Positions 35,153 through 47,933 are shown, counted from the whole stretch's first letter. The stretch: 63,147 bases of DNA, filler included, from Globobulimina sp. (GCA_003354225.1; 54 parts of 54 records of this genome joined end to end with filler, not necessarily neighbours in it); one strand, 5' to 3'. Notes: generated from the letters alone by a model not told the origin. Numbers and translations are program-made.

Positions 35153-36223
35153 CGATTGAATGTATTTATGATGGACCTCAAAAACAAGCAAAATGGGGAA
35201 TTGTGGGATAGCTTACAAGAATATGGCATGTCTGATGATTATATCATGGTTTCTGACAATGCGCAGAATGAAGAGAATGAAGAGAAAAAGGAAAACCCTC
35301 AGCGGTATGATATAAATCATAAAATATATTAATATATAAATAATATAGGCGCAAAATCGCAAAATATATAATTGAAATACACTAAAAACAGCAATGTGAG
35401 ACAAGATAATACGATCCATCCACTAACGCCGGAATACAGTGAGCATACATTGCGCCGTTTGAATGCTGTGATTGGTAAAACCGGCGTGAATATGATCGAC
35501 CATTACAATGAAACGGTATATTTGGGTCAGATTCATATGAAAAACGCGATTTTGAATGATGAGTTTCAAAGTTGTGTACAACGCTTATTATTGGACATTG
35601 CCGCTGAGGACAAAGCATTTGAATATTATTATCGTGCCGGACCTATCAAGAAATTGGAACGCTGTTTGACTAAAATTGATACAAAGTACATCGATGCACA
35701 GTTTCCATCGTCTGGGCAAATATTGGACATTGCGCGTTGTACGGTGATATTTTGCGATATGGGCACAATGTTAAAAGGCTTAACAATGATTGAAGACAAA
35801 ATAAATAATGGCGACGGCTATTGCATTGAACGCATATTACGCAAAAAGAACTTATTTCGAGATTATTCCTTCGAGAATCCGGCATATTGCGATGTGAAGC
35901 TTAATGTGGAAGTGTTTCATCAGTCCGTTGAGAGCATATCGATTGTGGCCGAGATCCAAATTATGGTGCAATTTATGACTGAATTTAAGAAGGAAATATC
36001 ACACAAATTGTACCAAATTCAAAGACAAGAAGAACATTTTGAGAAAATGATGAAGATCGCAAAGAAGCTCACTGAATTTGAGCCGAATTTTACTGCGATT
36101 TTGGCGACGGGAAAAGTGATCGATTTATGCAAATATATGATTGAGCATATTATGGATACGCAGTTTGTGCTTAATTATCGGTTCGACAACAAAGCGAATA
36201 TATTCCATGGGATTTTCCGTTTC
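35153..36223 (+). CDS. RelA/SpoT synthetase-like nucleotidyltransferase domain protein, internal fragment; intron 35305..35391
   Basis: GPIKKLERCLTK, ILDIARCTV, RKKNLF, YCDVKLNV and VAEIQI motifs; the upstream exon splices in frame (CG|C). Confidence 0.75.
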
Positions 36224-36323
36224 NNNNNNNNNNNNNNNNNNNNNNNNNNNNNNNNNNNNNNNNNNNNTTAATTAATTAANNNNNNNNNNNNNNNNNNNNN
36301 NNNNNNNNNNNNNNNNNNNNNNN

Positions 36324-37394
36324 ATACGTACGTTGGGGTACGATTTGGTTCGTGTTTATGAACCGTACCACCATCCACCGGAAGATAATATTGATGCGCA
36401 GTTATTTGATAATATGCGTTGCGAACAATATCCAGTCCCAACGCCCAAACCATTCGATGTTACTCAGGCAAATATAAAAATTGATGCTGCGAAAGAGCCT
36501 ATATATAATTTATTAAATCAATATCAAAATATAGTTTCAAAAAATGAGTTTGAGGCAGGAATCATACCGGATGTTAAATTTCACATTGAATTCAAAGATA
36601 ATGTCGATACGACACCGATTAGATCCTCGCGATATCGTTACAGTCCAAAGCATTTTAAAGAGATGAAAAGACAGATAGATCACTTAAGAGATATTAAAAA
36701 AATTGAATATTCAAACTCCGAATGGCGTTCTCCATTGTTTCCAGTACCAAAAAAGACCGGAGATATACGGATTGTTTTTGATTATCGGCGTTTGAACGCA
36801 ATAACGAAAAACGACCGATTTCCATTGCCAAATATAACACAATTACTGCACACATTCCATGGTAAAAATATCATTACATCTTTAGATATGAAGGGCGGAT
36901 ATTGGCATATTCCGCTCGACGAAGAAACAAAACGATTAACGGCATTCTGGTTTAATGGGCATTTATATCATTGGAATTTTATGCCCTTTGGTTTGAAGCA
37001 GGCACCTAATTATTTTCAACGTATAATGACCAAAATATTCGGCCATTTAGATTTTGTCACCGTTTATATCGATGACATTGCGATTGCATCCAACTCCATT
37101 ACGCAGCATCTGGAGCACCTAAAGGTTGTCTTTGATCTTATAATAGCACATAATATAAAGCTGCGACTCGACAAATGTTATTGGGCAGCGTCGGAAACCC
37201 AATATTTAGGGTTTTTGGTTGATAAAATTGGAGTGCGAGTGACTGATAAATATAAAAATAAAGTGATAAATGTACCGCGCCCCCGGTCGAAGAAGCAATT
37301 GATGCGATTCTTGGGTCTCATTAATTATTTGCATCATTTCATACCAGATATGAATAAATATACAGCTCCGCTGCGTGAAATATTAAAAAAAGAC
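36324..37394 (+). mobile_element. Ty3/Gypsy LTR retrotransposon pol (RT domain)
   Basis: WRSPLFPVPKK..RIVFDYRRLN, LDMKGGYWHI, MPFGLKQAP, YIDDI, YLGF and RFLGLINY. Confidence 0.97.
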
Positions 37395-37581
37395 NNNNNN
37401 NNNNNNNNNNNNNNNNNNNNNNNNNNNNNNNNNNNNNNTTAATTAATTAANNNNNNNNNNNNNNNNNNNNNNNNNNNNNNNNNNNNNNNNNNNNCCTTGG
37501 GTGGATTGCCTATCAATTATGTAAATTTTATATAAAATATTTCAATATCTGTACGACGCAGCGGACCTTAATAATATCTGT

Positions 37582-38211
37582 ATGACGCAATGCAAAGTGT
37601 TCGATTTAGCAAATATTATCAAATGCATTGCTGACAACGAAGATATGGCAAATAATGTTTTTCCTGTATTACCGGAAAACGATCATAGCTGTGATGCAAT
37701 TTTTCGATATTTCGAGAAATATAATATTGATGGAAACAAATTGTTATCCATCAATAAGTATGATTTTTGTGCAGAGTTAATGGAGGAAAACGATTTAAAC
37801 AAAAAACAAATTGTCAGATTAATGGAGCAAATCAGATATTATCCGTTATGGAATGCGGAGATAAAATGCCTTGGAGACTGCAATATAAATAATATGATGT
37901 ACATAGCCTCTTCGTTTATTAACCATACTAATATGGCTCAGCAGTTTCCAGTTTTGGAGTTGGAACAATATAAATATCACATTAGTCAATACATTATTGA
38001 TCATGAAATTAATGGAAAATCATTTGATTTATTGGATTTTGACCAATTTGCTGGGAAGATATCGAAATATGTTGGCCGCCATCAACAAGGTGATCCCGAC
38101 AAATTACGTGCTTTTTACGCTCAAATCAAACAAATTGACGCTGAGTCAGGGTTATGGCAATGGCATCCGGATCAAAATACGATTACATGTACAGAAGTAT
38201 GTTTTTTTTAG
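37582..38211 (+). CDS. Protein with two degenerate SAM-like helical repeats
   Basis: YFEKYNIDGNKLLSINKYDF and YIIDHEINGKSFDLLDFDQF, each preceded by a similar NMA..FPVL segment. Confidence 0.55.
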   Translation: MTQCKVFDLANIIKCIADNEDMANNVFPVLPENDHSCDAIFRYFEKYNIDGNKLLSINKYDFCAELMEENDLNKKQIVRLMEQIRYYPLWNAEIKCLGDCNINNMMYIASSFINHTNMAQQFPVLELEQYKYHISQYIIDHEINGKSFDLLDFDQFAGKISKYVGRHQQGDPDKLRAFYAQIKQIDAESGLWQWHPDQNTITCTEVCFF

Positions 38212-39305
38212 ATTGTGAAACGTTTCTGTCACACAACCTGTTTTTTGTTTGTACCAAAGTAACAAAATAGTGTTTTTGCATTAATAATATATAGGAACAG
38301 GACCAAAACTGCGATGGAAACTGCGATTGGTCGCAGCGAACAGATTTTACCAATGTGTCCAGCATTGGCTACTTATTAGATAACGGTATCGTAGCTATTG
38401 CCGATATTATTGACAGGAAAGCAGCGTTCAAGAAAATAAAAATAAAATGTAAATATGACGGTTTTGAGAATTCTTATCTGAGTAAAGGCGTATTTATCAA
38501 TATACCGAATCCCAAAATTCGCGACAGTACAAAAGCTACCATGCAACTGTCGCATAGCAATTTATNNNNNNNNNNNNNNNNNNNNNNNNNNNNNNNNNNN
38601 NNNNNNNNNTTAATTAATTAANNNNNNNNNNNNNNNNNNNNNNNNNNNNNNNNNNNNNNNNNNNNTTTCATCATCCTGGGGACTCCTTCGGGTTCGAGAC
38701 AGGATGCATGGGTCAGGCTGGGCCGCCCGCGCGAGACGAGAATTACTACCAGCAGAATGTAAATAGGTCATGGCTACTGTTTTAATTTTAATCACCGAAA
38801 AGTTGCTGCGACCATATAGGAAGCTCTTTCCTCAGTGACTGCAAGATAGTAACAAGGTCATAACAGTTGTCAATCTATGAATATTTAAATGTCCCGCATA
38901 CCAGATGATGAATGTATTTACTCTTTCAGGCCCACACCCTGCAAAGATAATGATGGGACGCTCTAGAAAACAGGTTTTTTGCATAGTAAAGTAACCTTTT
39001 TTGGCAGAAAACGACTATTCCCGATTGCACAATATGACGCCATCCTCTTAAAAGGCAAGTAATAACATGTGATTTAATGGAAATTCAATAAAATATAGTA
39101 AACAATTATAAAACAATAGTAAAAAATATTAAAAATAATAAAAAATATTAAAAATTTAATAAAAATAAGGAAAAATTAATAAAATATTAAGGTACCTGTT
39201 ATTAATATGCGAATCGGCGCCCTTTCATAAACGACGCCCCACGGGACCCGCTCCCTTGCCAGCCCCAACCCCAGGTATATTCAATATTAAAAAAAACAAG
39301 CAAAA

Positions 39306-39378
39306 TAGTTCTGGTGAGAATTGAACTCACTTCTCCGAACGCACTAGTTCGATGCATTACCGGCAATGCTACAGAACT
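39306..39378 (-). tRNA. tRNA-like gene (73 nt) with an 8-nt anticodon loop CTAGTGCG; Thr(AGT)-like or pseudo-tRNA
   Basis: Acceptor AGTTCTG/CAGAACT+A, D-stem GCAT/ATGC with GG, anticodon stem TCGAA/TTCGG, T-arm GTGAG-TTCAATT-CTCAC, then TTTT. Confidence 0.7.
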
Positions 39379-39836
39379 ACAAAATATTGAAGTAACTGTT
39401 TCCTCATTTATACTCAAATTGTTCATATCAACACGCCCACACAGCAAAGGAAGGAAACAAACCAGCCATGTATATCGCGGTGTGATTATCCTTTGATGAG
39501 GAGGACTACAAGAGGATAGTAGTTAGTAAATAGACCACACCAACTCATTGTGGTTAAATGTAGTTTGTGACAAGTGAAGTCATAGTGTTGCTATCAGTAT
39601 AAAACCAGTTCTAGCCTAGTCTCTCTCTCTCTCTCTAGAAGACATACCATTTAGCTGCAGGTGGTCACATGGTGATGATGGAAATGTGTGTTTAGAATAA
39701 TTTTATTAGAATAATGAAAACGATAATAATAAGGATNNNNNNNNNNNNNNNNNNNNNNNNNNNNNNNNNNNNNNNNNNNNTTAATTAATTAANNNNNNNN
39801 NNNNNNNNNNNNNNNNNNNNNNNNNNNNNNNNNNNN

Positions 39837-40368
39837 CCCATAATTGAGACACTTTATAACGAATACCTTTAACTGCAGTGTTTTGCGAATGAATCGTACT
39901 TAAAATTTGTTTTATTTCCAGTGTGTTATATATTTTTAGTATTCGCTGTACGTCGTTAGCTGTTTCTATCTCTTTCTTCAAGTCGTTAATTGTTAATATA
40001 CCATTTTTAATCAAGTTATGCTGACATGGCTGTAAGCTCTTATTTGTGTGTAATAAAACATTGAACTCTTCTCGCATTCGTTTAAATTCCTCGATACGTT
40101 TCAGTAATAATTTTATATGGATTTGCTTTGTCATTCCCAGCTCATTTTCGATTACATCCTTATCAATGTATTCGACCATTGTAATATCGTTATATTCGTT
40201 GTTTACAAATGCTGATAAATATTGCTGTAATTTGACAATGTCACACAGCCATTTTGCGAATTTTTCTTGTTTCTTCTTTTCATATTTTATCTGTAAATCT
40301 TGGAATTCAAATTGATTTAAAGCGTTTTCAATAATATTTTCACATTCCTTGTCTTCATATTCCACCAT
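39837..40368 (-). CDS. SAM-domain protein fragment
   Basis: KWLCDIVKLQQYLSAFVNNEY...ELGMTKQIHIKLLLKRIEEF. Confidence 0.8.
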
Positions 40369-41007
40369 GAATTAAATTGAATTTTCAAAGGTGTTGTGTC
40401 AACACAGCAGTGTCATGAGGGTGCCATTGAACGTACCGTCAGTACTCAGGCTGGACTGAATATTATTAATATTGACATAACTCCAAGCCAGCCATGGTGT
40501 CGTTTGCAAACTTGTTCAACAAATCAGCTGATCGTTAATATAATAGCTGCGTCGAAATTATTTATGGAAATAAATGCAGTGATGTAGAGATTCAGTATAT
40601 TGCCATGATAACCATAATTGTTATATTTTATTTATGCTGATGCCGGCCTGAGGAAATAACAGTGATTTAATATTAACTGACTTTTGAGGCTGTGTTTGAT
40701 GATCATTTCTTTACAAATTGGAATGGTTTAATATATGTTAAATGTTCAACTGCGTCAAAATCCGCATCAGAAACTGTTAAAAATCCGCATCAAAAATAGT
40801 TCGCTTTTAAATAGATATACTCACTTATTTCCGCAAAATAACCATCGTTTAGCCAAAATACGACCAAAATAATACTATTTACAGTGGTCATGAATATTGG
40901 TTCCAAANNNNNNNNNNNNNNNNNNNNNNNNNNNNNNNNNNNNNNNNNNNNTTAATTAATTAANNNNNNNNNNNNNNNNNNNNNNNNNNNNNNNNNNNNN
41001 NNNNNNN

Positions 41008-42025
41008 TATTCATTAAATTCATATTATCGCTCACGTTCAAACTCTTTTTCTTTAAATGTTGCAAATAATTAAACGATCGCTTTGCTATTTTGCCACCAA
41101 ACACATTCAAGGCATTATTATATTCACTCCGTATTTTCTTTATTGCCGCTATCTGTTTCTGTGCACTTTGCAAAATGTTCTCTTTTAATATCTCATTGTT
41201 TGCCTCTTTTAAATCATTGCATAAAACAGCTATAAATTGCGTTAATTCCGCAGCAGAGTTTGCTGGGTTCCATAAAAAGGAGTCTTTGAAAGGTTTCCCT
41301 TTGATAACTTGATCGATTTCAATTGGAATTAAATTATTTGTATCTTTACCATTATTTGCAATATTTGCTTTATAATAAAAAGAAGAGTCATCATTCCAAT
41401 CAAACGTACGATTATTATTTCTCTCTTGCGCCATTTGCTTATTTTCCATTTTAAGTTTATTCCATTTCATATCCAAATTATCAAAGGAATGCTCACTCGA
41501 ATTTTTATTCCGTTTATATCCTTTGTAATGGTGTACAAATTGCAAATATTCTTTGTCCATAAAACCATTTTTAATAAAATTATCCAACCATTTTTGCATT
41601 TTTTCAGCGATTTGATCCGCTAAAATTGCCGTTAAATAATATCCCTTTTCTGTGACTTTCTGTAATTGCGATCGTTTGAATTTTATCTTAAATATTGGTG
41701 TTTTGGATGCTTTTTTTTGTGTTTTATCATTGTGATTGTTGTTATTTGTGTTGCTGTTGACGCCGACTTCGCGTTTCTGGTCAATGCCGCCTTGTAGCCA
41801 TTGAATAAAAATTTGTTTTGGAATATCACAAAATTGCGCCAATTTAGAAGCATTGAAATGATATAAAGTCATCGCCAAACCAATTTGTTCGCGAATGGCA
41901 TCCATTTTGCTTGGTTTCTTTAACTTTGTCGGTGATTTAATTATATATCCAATCGATGTTGGACCATAACCACCATTTGCATTCATTGCATTATTTAATT
42001 TCCGTTTTTTTATTGGTGGTGGCAT
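41008..42025 (-). CDS. SNF5: SNF5/SMARCB1-like chromatin remodelling subunit, 3'-partial
   Basis: LIPIEIDQVIKGKPFKDSFLWN...FIAVLCNDL matches SNF5 repeat 1; N-terminal NLS-like PPIKKRK. Confidence 0.75.
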
Positions 42026-42309
42026 GGCTGTGAATTCATTGCTATTCCAATATTTGTCCTTATTATGACTGTCTGATANNNNNNNNNNNNNNNNNNNNNN
42101 NNNNNNNNNNNNNNNNNNNNNNTTAATTAATTAANNNNNNNNNNNNNNNNNNNNNNNNNNNNNNNNNNNNNNNNNNNNGATCCAATGTAAATAATAATCG
42201 CTACAAATCATCCCATAGCAAAACATTTGTATGATCAAAATTAAAAAATATACAAACCAACTCTACCAACCACGAATCCAATCGATTACAATTTAAATAT
42301 ACGAATTCT

Positions 42310-43182
42310 GTGCATTCCAACATTATATCCAACATTTTACCCAACATCGCCCCCAACAATACATCCAATATCGTTTCGCCTCAGACTGTGAAGAAAAAAA
42401 CATATAAACAGATATTGATTGATCCACAAACTAAAAAACGGCAATTTCCACATTCAACACAACAACGAATTGCTCATAAAGCGATTTCAGAGCCTTTGCA
42501 TAATAATTCGCATAATAATTCGCAAATTAATCATAATGCAATCATAGACATTGGCGATGATTATAAAAACAACCATAATGATCTTAAAATTGACAGTGAC
42601 AGATTTGCGCGTAATACTATCCATAAAATCACACAAAATAACCGACAAAATCATGAATTTTTGCAAGATAAACCTGAGACAGCATTGGAATATGATATCT
42701 TTAAACATTCTCCAATTAATCCAAAAACTAATGATTACGCTAAATTTGACCCATTATATGCACATTGTGGCAATTTGATTAATAACGGAGACATATATTA
42801 TGCCGCCATGTTAGTGCAATATTATATGTATTTACATAAATACGAGGCTGGTTATGAACGGATTGAAGTATTTTGGCGCCAATTAAATAAAGATCCGTAT
42901 CAACAGATAATGAATATTACCGACATTAAACGACTTGGCATTCCATTTACAAATACCTTTATTGTTGATAATATTGGATACAATGTATGGCGCAAAGACT
43001 ACCCGGTTATGAACTGGAAACGCTTAATTTCGCCATCTGCCGTACAGCAATATACAACCGTTACAGCTTGGATTCTTTTCTCTACAGCTAATCAAAATAC
43101 ACGATTATACCTTGATTTTTGCAACTGTGTTTGCATTGGCGGCATTTGCAGGTGGAATTTTTGCATTAAACCAAATGGATAA
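42310..43182 (+). CDS. Hypothetical protein, possibly mobile-element derived, with an apparent frameshift near 43110
   Basis: Long intronless ORF; a second frame continues to the contig end. Confidence 0.45.
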   Translation: MHSNIISNILPNIAPNNTSNIVSPQTVKKKTYKQILIDPQTKKRQFPHSTQQRIAHKAISEPLHNNSHNNSQINHNAIIDIGDDYKNNHNDLKIDSDRFARNTIHKITQNNRQNHEFLQDKPETALEYDIFKHSPINPKTNDYAKFDPLYAHCGNLINNGDIYYAAMLVQYYMYLHKYEAGYERIEVFWRQLNKDPYQQIMNITDIKRLGIPFTNTFIVDNIGYNVWRKDYPVMNWKRLISPSAVQQYTTVTAWILFSTANQNTRLYLDFCNCVCIGGICRWNFCIKPNG

Positions 43183-43349
43183 AGATGGGCCACTAGAAAT
43201 ATCCGCAGCCTATGTCTATGCAGGTAGTGCAATTGGTGTAACTTTTGCTNNNNNNNNNNNNNNNNNNNNNNNNNNNNNNNNNNNNNNNNNNNNTTAATTA
43301 ATTAANNNNNNNNNNNNNNNNNNNNNNNNNNNNNNNNNNNNNNNNNNNN

Positions 43350-43690
43350 AATATGATAGTTTGGAGCAAATGTTGGACGAAATTGATGAAGATGGAGATG
43401 GGGAAATTTCTTTTGATGAGTTTTATAAAGCAATGTCTAGTGATTTAAATAAAAAAAACGAATCGCATTTGTTCAATACCATTATTAAAGATATTAATTT
43501 TATGCTCATTAATGAATTTGGAAAAGATCCTTTGTTTGAAAATGAAAAAGATTATGAAAAACATCATATTTTATCGAAAAAGGAATCGACAGATCATAAC
43601 CATCAATCTGTACCAATTGTAATTGGAATGGAATCAAGTTTAAAAAATACAGATAAACTATTAACTAAAGTTCCATCCGTAGAGAATTAA
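43350..43690 (+). CDS. EF-hand protein C-terminus (CDPK/calmodulin-like)
   Basis: Canonical loop DEDGDGEISFDE. Confidence 0.85.
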
Positions 43691-43937
43691 ATAATAAATT
43701 TTTTATTGTAAGTTTTGTGTGTTTGTAAAGTTTAGAACTATTTTTGAACATATTTTTGTTTATTGTTCAATATAAAATTCCCCCTCGTATATAAAATTCT
43801 CCCTCGTTTTTTTAGTCCGTTTCTGTGTGTATGATATATAAACGATATATCCCATTAGATTGTGGCGATAAGTTGTATACATTTTTTCAATTATACTAGA
43901 AACAGTTTGCAAATCCAGAAACGGTTCATGTACTAGG

Positions 43938-43989
43938 TTTGTTATAACTTTGTCTTGGGTTTGCAAATCCACCACAAAGTTATAACAAA
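43938..43989. repeat. 52-bp hairpin with a perfect 16-bp stem
   Basis: TTTGTTATAACTTTGT / ACAAAGTTATAACAAA around a TTTGCAAA-centred palindrome. Confidence 0.8.
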
Positions 43990-44636
43990 TGCATAATTGA
44001 ATTTTCGGTATATAAGGGGGTGGTTAAACAATCGAATTTAAGTTTTTTATTACTACACACAACAACTTAAACATCCTTTCTTTTTTACCAAATATCTCAC
44101 AATCTAAAGTCCGACTGCAATTATACAGAAATAGTAAGTTAATGTCCAACACACTGCAGATGACCAACCCATTTTTGTATTTGTCAAATTCATTTTATTA
44201 TTTATTCGTTTTATACACAGCCAACCCAAATGGTCAACATTCTAAATTGAATTGCAATATTTCGATCCACCCCATCTAAAAATGTATGCTATTTTATTAT
44301 GGTTTTTTACAAAGATATGATACCTTTACTACTCATCAACTGATATTTCTTCATTTGCTTTATCAGATATTATGACATGTAATTTGTCCAAATCTATTTT
44401 AAATTTTGCATTCATTTGATNNNNNNNNNNNNNNNNNNNNNNNNNNNNNNNNNNNNNNNNNNNNTTAATTAATTAANNNNNNNNNNNNNNNNNNNNNNNN
44501 NNNNNNNNNNNNNNNNNNNNGTTAATAGTTGCGTTGTTTTACGCTATTAATATTACTTAAAATTGATTTAGAATGATAATCTAAATCATATATAAACACA
44601 TAAATAAAAGTTATATAGTTACAGATTGGGCGAAGA

Positions 44637-45591
44637 TCAGAATTTCAACGCGTTAAATAATTCAATATACTTTTTCTGGATATTCGGCTTTGATTTGGCA
44701 GTCTCACACGTTTTGAAATGATGGCTCTGATCCGGATGGAATGCGCATTTGTGTTTGAATTTTGGCTCTGGCGACGGCTCACATTGCTTCCTTGGATTGG
44801 TACAGTCTGCAAAACACCAATAAAATAAACAAATATCACTCGGGTACGACGTGCCATATTCGGCCACGCAGTCAAACGCCGTCCCTCGTAATACGCGCAA
44901 TGGATCTTTTGGTTGATAATTTGAGTTATTTTGATTGCGATTATTGCCAAATTGTCGATTATTTGTCGGTCTTCTGTTTGTTGGACGGTTATAATTATTT
45001 TGATTACCATTATTGCCATTATTACGTCGGTCGGAATAATGTTTCTTATACGGATTATGGACTGTGACTGGATAGTTTGTGTTTGGTGGTTGTGAATTAT
45101 ACGATGGATATGATTGATTATTATGTTGTCGATCCAGATAAATGTTGATTTTCTTTCCTTTATTAAACTCCTCCATTGTAAAATTGTCAAATGTGCTCAT
45201 TAAAAATTGAACGACATTGGGTCTGGGCGACGTGTCAGCAAATGACGAGGTAAATGAATTTTTGTCCATTAACATACAGATTGGAGTGCCAGTGATGACG
45301 TACGACCTCAATATTGCTAAGACGGTGGACCAGAAAACCACTACAGTGCAATTTATCTTTTTTACGAAATATGCAATTTTCTTATTAAATAATTTGATGT
45401 TGATTTTGACCAATTGCACCCATTCAATTAAGATGCGAGTATACGGCGATGGCTCTGCGATGGCATTGATTGCTGATAACACAAAATCCATTGTGTCACT
45501 CCATGCGGTTAGGATAAAGAACATGGAATGCTTTGATTTGAATGAGGAATAAATTTCTTTGGTTCTTATATATTCCCAACCCCAACGTAAA
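44637..45591 (-). CDS. Gag-like protein with C-terminal Cys/His zinc-finger cluster (DIRS/Ngaro ORF1-like)
   Basis: Asn/Arg-rich linker followed by ICLFYWCFADC...C...FKHKCAFHPDQSHHFKTC; frame is open to the contig edge. Confidence 0.45.
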
Positions 45592-45691
45592 NNNNNNNNN
45601 NNNNNNNNNNNNNNNNNNNNNNNNNNNNNNNNNNNTTAATTAATTAANNNNNNNNNNNNNNNNNNNNNNNNNNNNNNNNNNNNNNNNNNNN

Positions 45692-46103
45692 TTGCACTTT
45701 GAAAGCTTGCTGGTACAGTTTATGATTGTTGATGATAACAAATGGAACACTAAATATATAAAACATTGTCAATTTTGAATCACCGAAACTTGGTGCAGTT
45801 GTAATCCAAAATTTGTTAGTATTTGGTTTGTATGACAATAAATAACCAACAAAAGGAAGTCCCTTTGCGTATATATTTGATTTAACCAACATAGAGTTAG
45901 CAGATAAAAAAAAAATAGTAATTGCATTTGCATACCAATGGACCTGGCGGATAATTCAATAGTTTGCGGTGTAATTTAAGGCACAATATACGTAAAATTA
46001 AAGCGCCTGTAATTGTTGCTGAATATACTATGATTTTTTGATAAACATTGAATTGTTGGAAGTATTTTTTCAGTTTGGATAAAAGCAAAACAACAGTTGA
46101 CAT
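45692..46103 (-). CDS. Cytochrome P450, N-terminus; intron 45863..45935
   Basis: TM anchor followed by YPPGPL|GLPFVGYL and VPFVIINN. Confidence 0.88.
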
Positions 46104-46245
46104 GCTAGTTTTTCTTAATTTATAAACGAGGGAAAACTGTAATTTCATGCAAGTTTGCCTGACATAAATAATTACATTTATGTGTATAAATACCCCAAAG
46201 AAGTAATTCAGTCAAATAAAAATAAGTCATTGTGTTGGATCACTT

Positions 46246-46762
46246 TTATGTTTGTATCATTCGGTCGAGTCTCGCTAAAATTATTTGTAATTTCGGTGAC
46301 AAATTTTCTAAATCCACTAATTGTTCTGCACAATGTTCATAACATTGTTTCAAATAATTTCGACGATTGAAGATTGATAATTTATTAAATTCATAGATAT
46401 CATTATCATTATCTTTCATCAGTAGCATTTCTAATATGTCATTCCACATTTTTCCATTTTGTAACTTTGTTAAACCATTTTCATTCCTATAATTTTCAAT
46501 ATATTTTATTACATCATTTCCATTTGTTACATTATTCAATATTTCCGATATAATATTTTCCTCATTTGTTTGTGTTAATAATTGTAAAATAATAACAAAA
46601 ATCGAGAAATGATCCACTTCATAGCACCATGCTTTATGATTAATAAATTTTTGAAACATACAAGATATATTATTATTATTCAAATTCTTTTCATCGATTA
46701 AACAGCCAAAATCATTCACATTCTCTTCAATTTCTATGCAATCATCGAGTTTTATACAATTG
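46246..46762 (-). CDS. BUB1-like kinase domain C-lobe (divergent)
   Basis: KAWCYEVDHFSI and MWNDILEMLL resemble BUB1 PW-YQ-D-FG and W---F--LLN. Confidence 0.5.
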
Positions 46763-46862
46763 NNNNNNNNNNNNNNNNNNNNNNNNNNNNNNNNNNNNNN
46801 NNNNNNTTAATTAATTAANNNNNNNNNNNNNNNNNNNNNNNNNNNNNNNNNNNNNNNNNNNN

Positions 46863-47933
46863 ACCAAACAATGCGGCTTTCCAGCAATGAAAAACAAAGT
46901 CGAATATTATCGACATATAATACCATCAATATTAGAAATATTATCATATCCATATATGGACAAAGTGCATTGTGATTTGCTTGAATGTATTTCGAACATA
47001 ATGGTAGTGAGTGCAGATAAGATCTATTTTATTGACCTGTTTTTAAAGCATAATATTTTGAATATATTAAAGCATCAATTTGCTCATCCTTGCTTTAATA
47101 AAAATTGTTTGCAGAAGTTGAGTAAAATATATCTTCATATTTGTGCAGGAAGTAAAGACAATTTATCTCAAAACTGGAGCATTCTGCAATATTTGCATAT
47201 GTTTCTGTTTTACGAGGATTGTCTAGAAACAGTGGTCGATAATATTATGAGAGGTTACTCGGGTCTGATAAATGAACATTTAAAAAGTAATCGAGATATC
47301 GATGCTATGCTTAGCGAAAAGTATCAATGTACTGAGTTAGAGCAGAAATACCAAGAAAAGTTGGAGCTGAATGTATTAATATTCGACGGATTTATTCATG
47401 ACTCAAAGATTGAATTTATTCCACCTGAGGTTGCTTGCATAATTTATACATATTATAATTGTTATAATTATAAAATAGAATCAAAAATGAGTTTATTGCA
47501 AAGATTGACGTATATATTAAATAAAGACAACGGATATCTTAGATATTATTAATATGTTCGATGATACCGGCACCACAATTAAAATTGAAATATGTCCAAC
47601 GAGAAATATACGCATTCCGCATCAAAATGTTAATCGCGAATTTATCCGGAAACTGGGCAAAATGTTTGAAGTTCGCACATCTTCCAAAAAAGATGGAATA
47701 CCACATATAAAATATAGCGAGTTGGGTATGATGTGTTCCATAATATCTTTTATGACAATGCTGAAATCAACAGATCCATTGTTATCTGAATCAGTTTTGT
47801 GTTTATTAAAATTTACCAAACAATGCGGCTTTCCAGCAATGAAAAACAAAGTCGAATATTATCGACATATAATACCATCAATATTAGAAATATTATCATA
47901 TCCATATATGGACAAAGTGCATTGTGATTTGCT
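46863..47933 (+). CDS. ARM/importin-alpha-like helical protein on a circular or tandem 952-bp unit
   Basis: 46863..46981 is identical to 47815..47933. The ORF from ATG 47554 wraps through the repeat to TAA 47550..47552 (316 aa). Confidence 0.65.
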
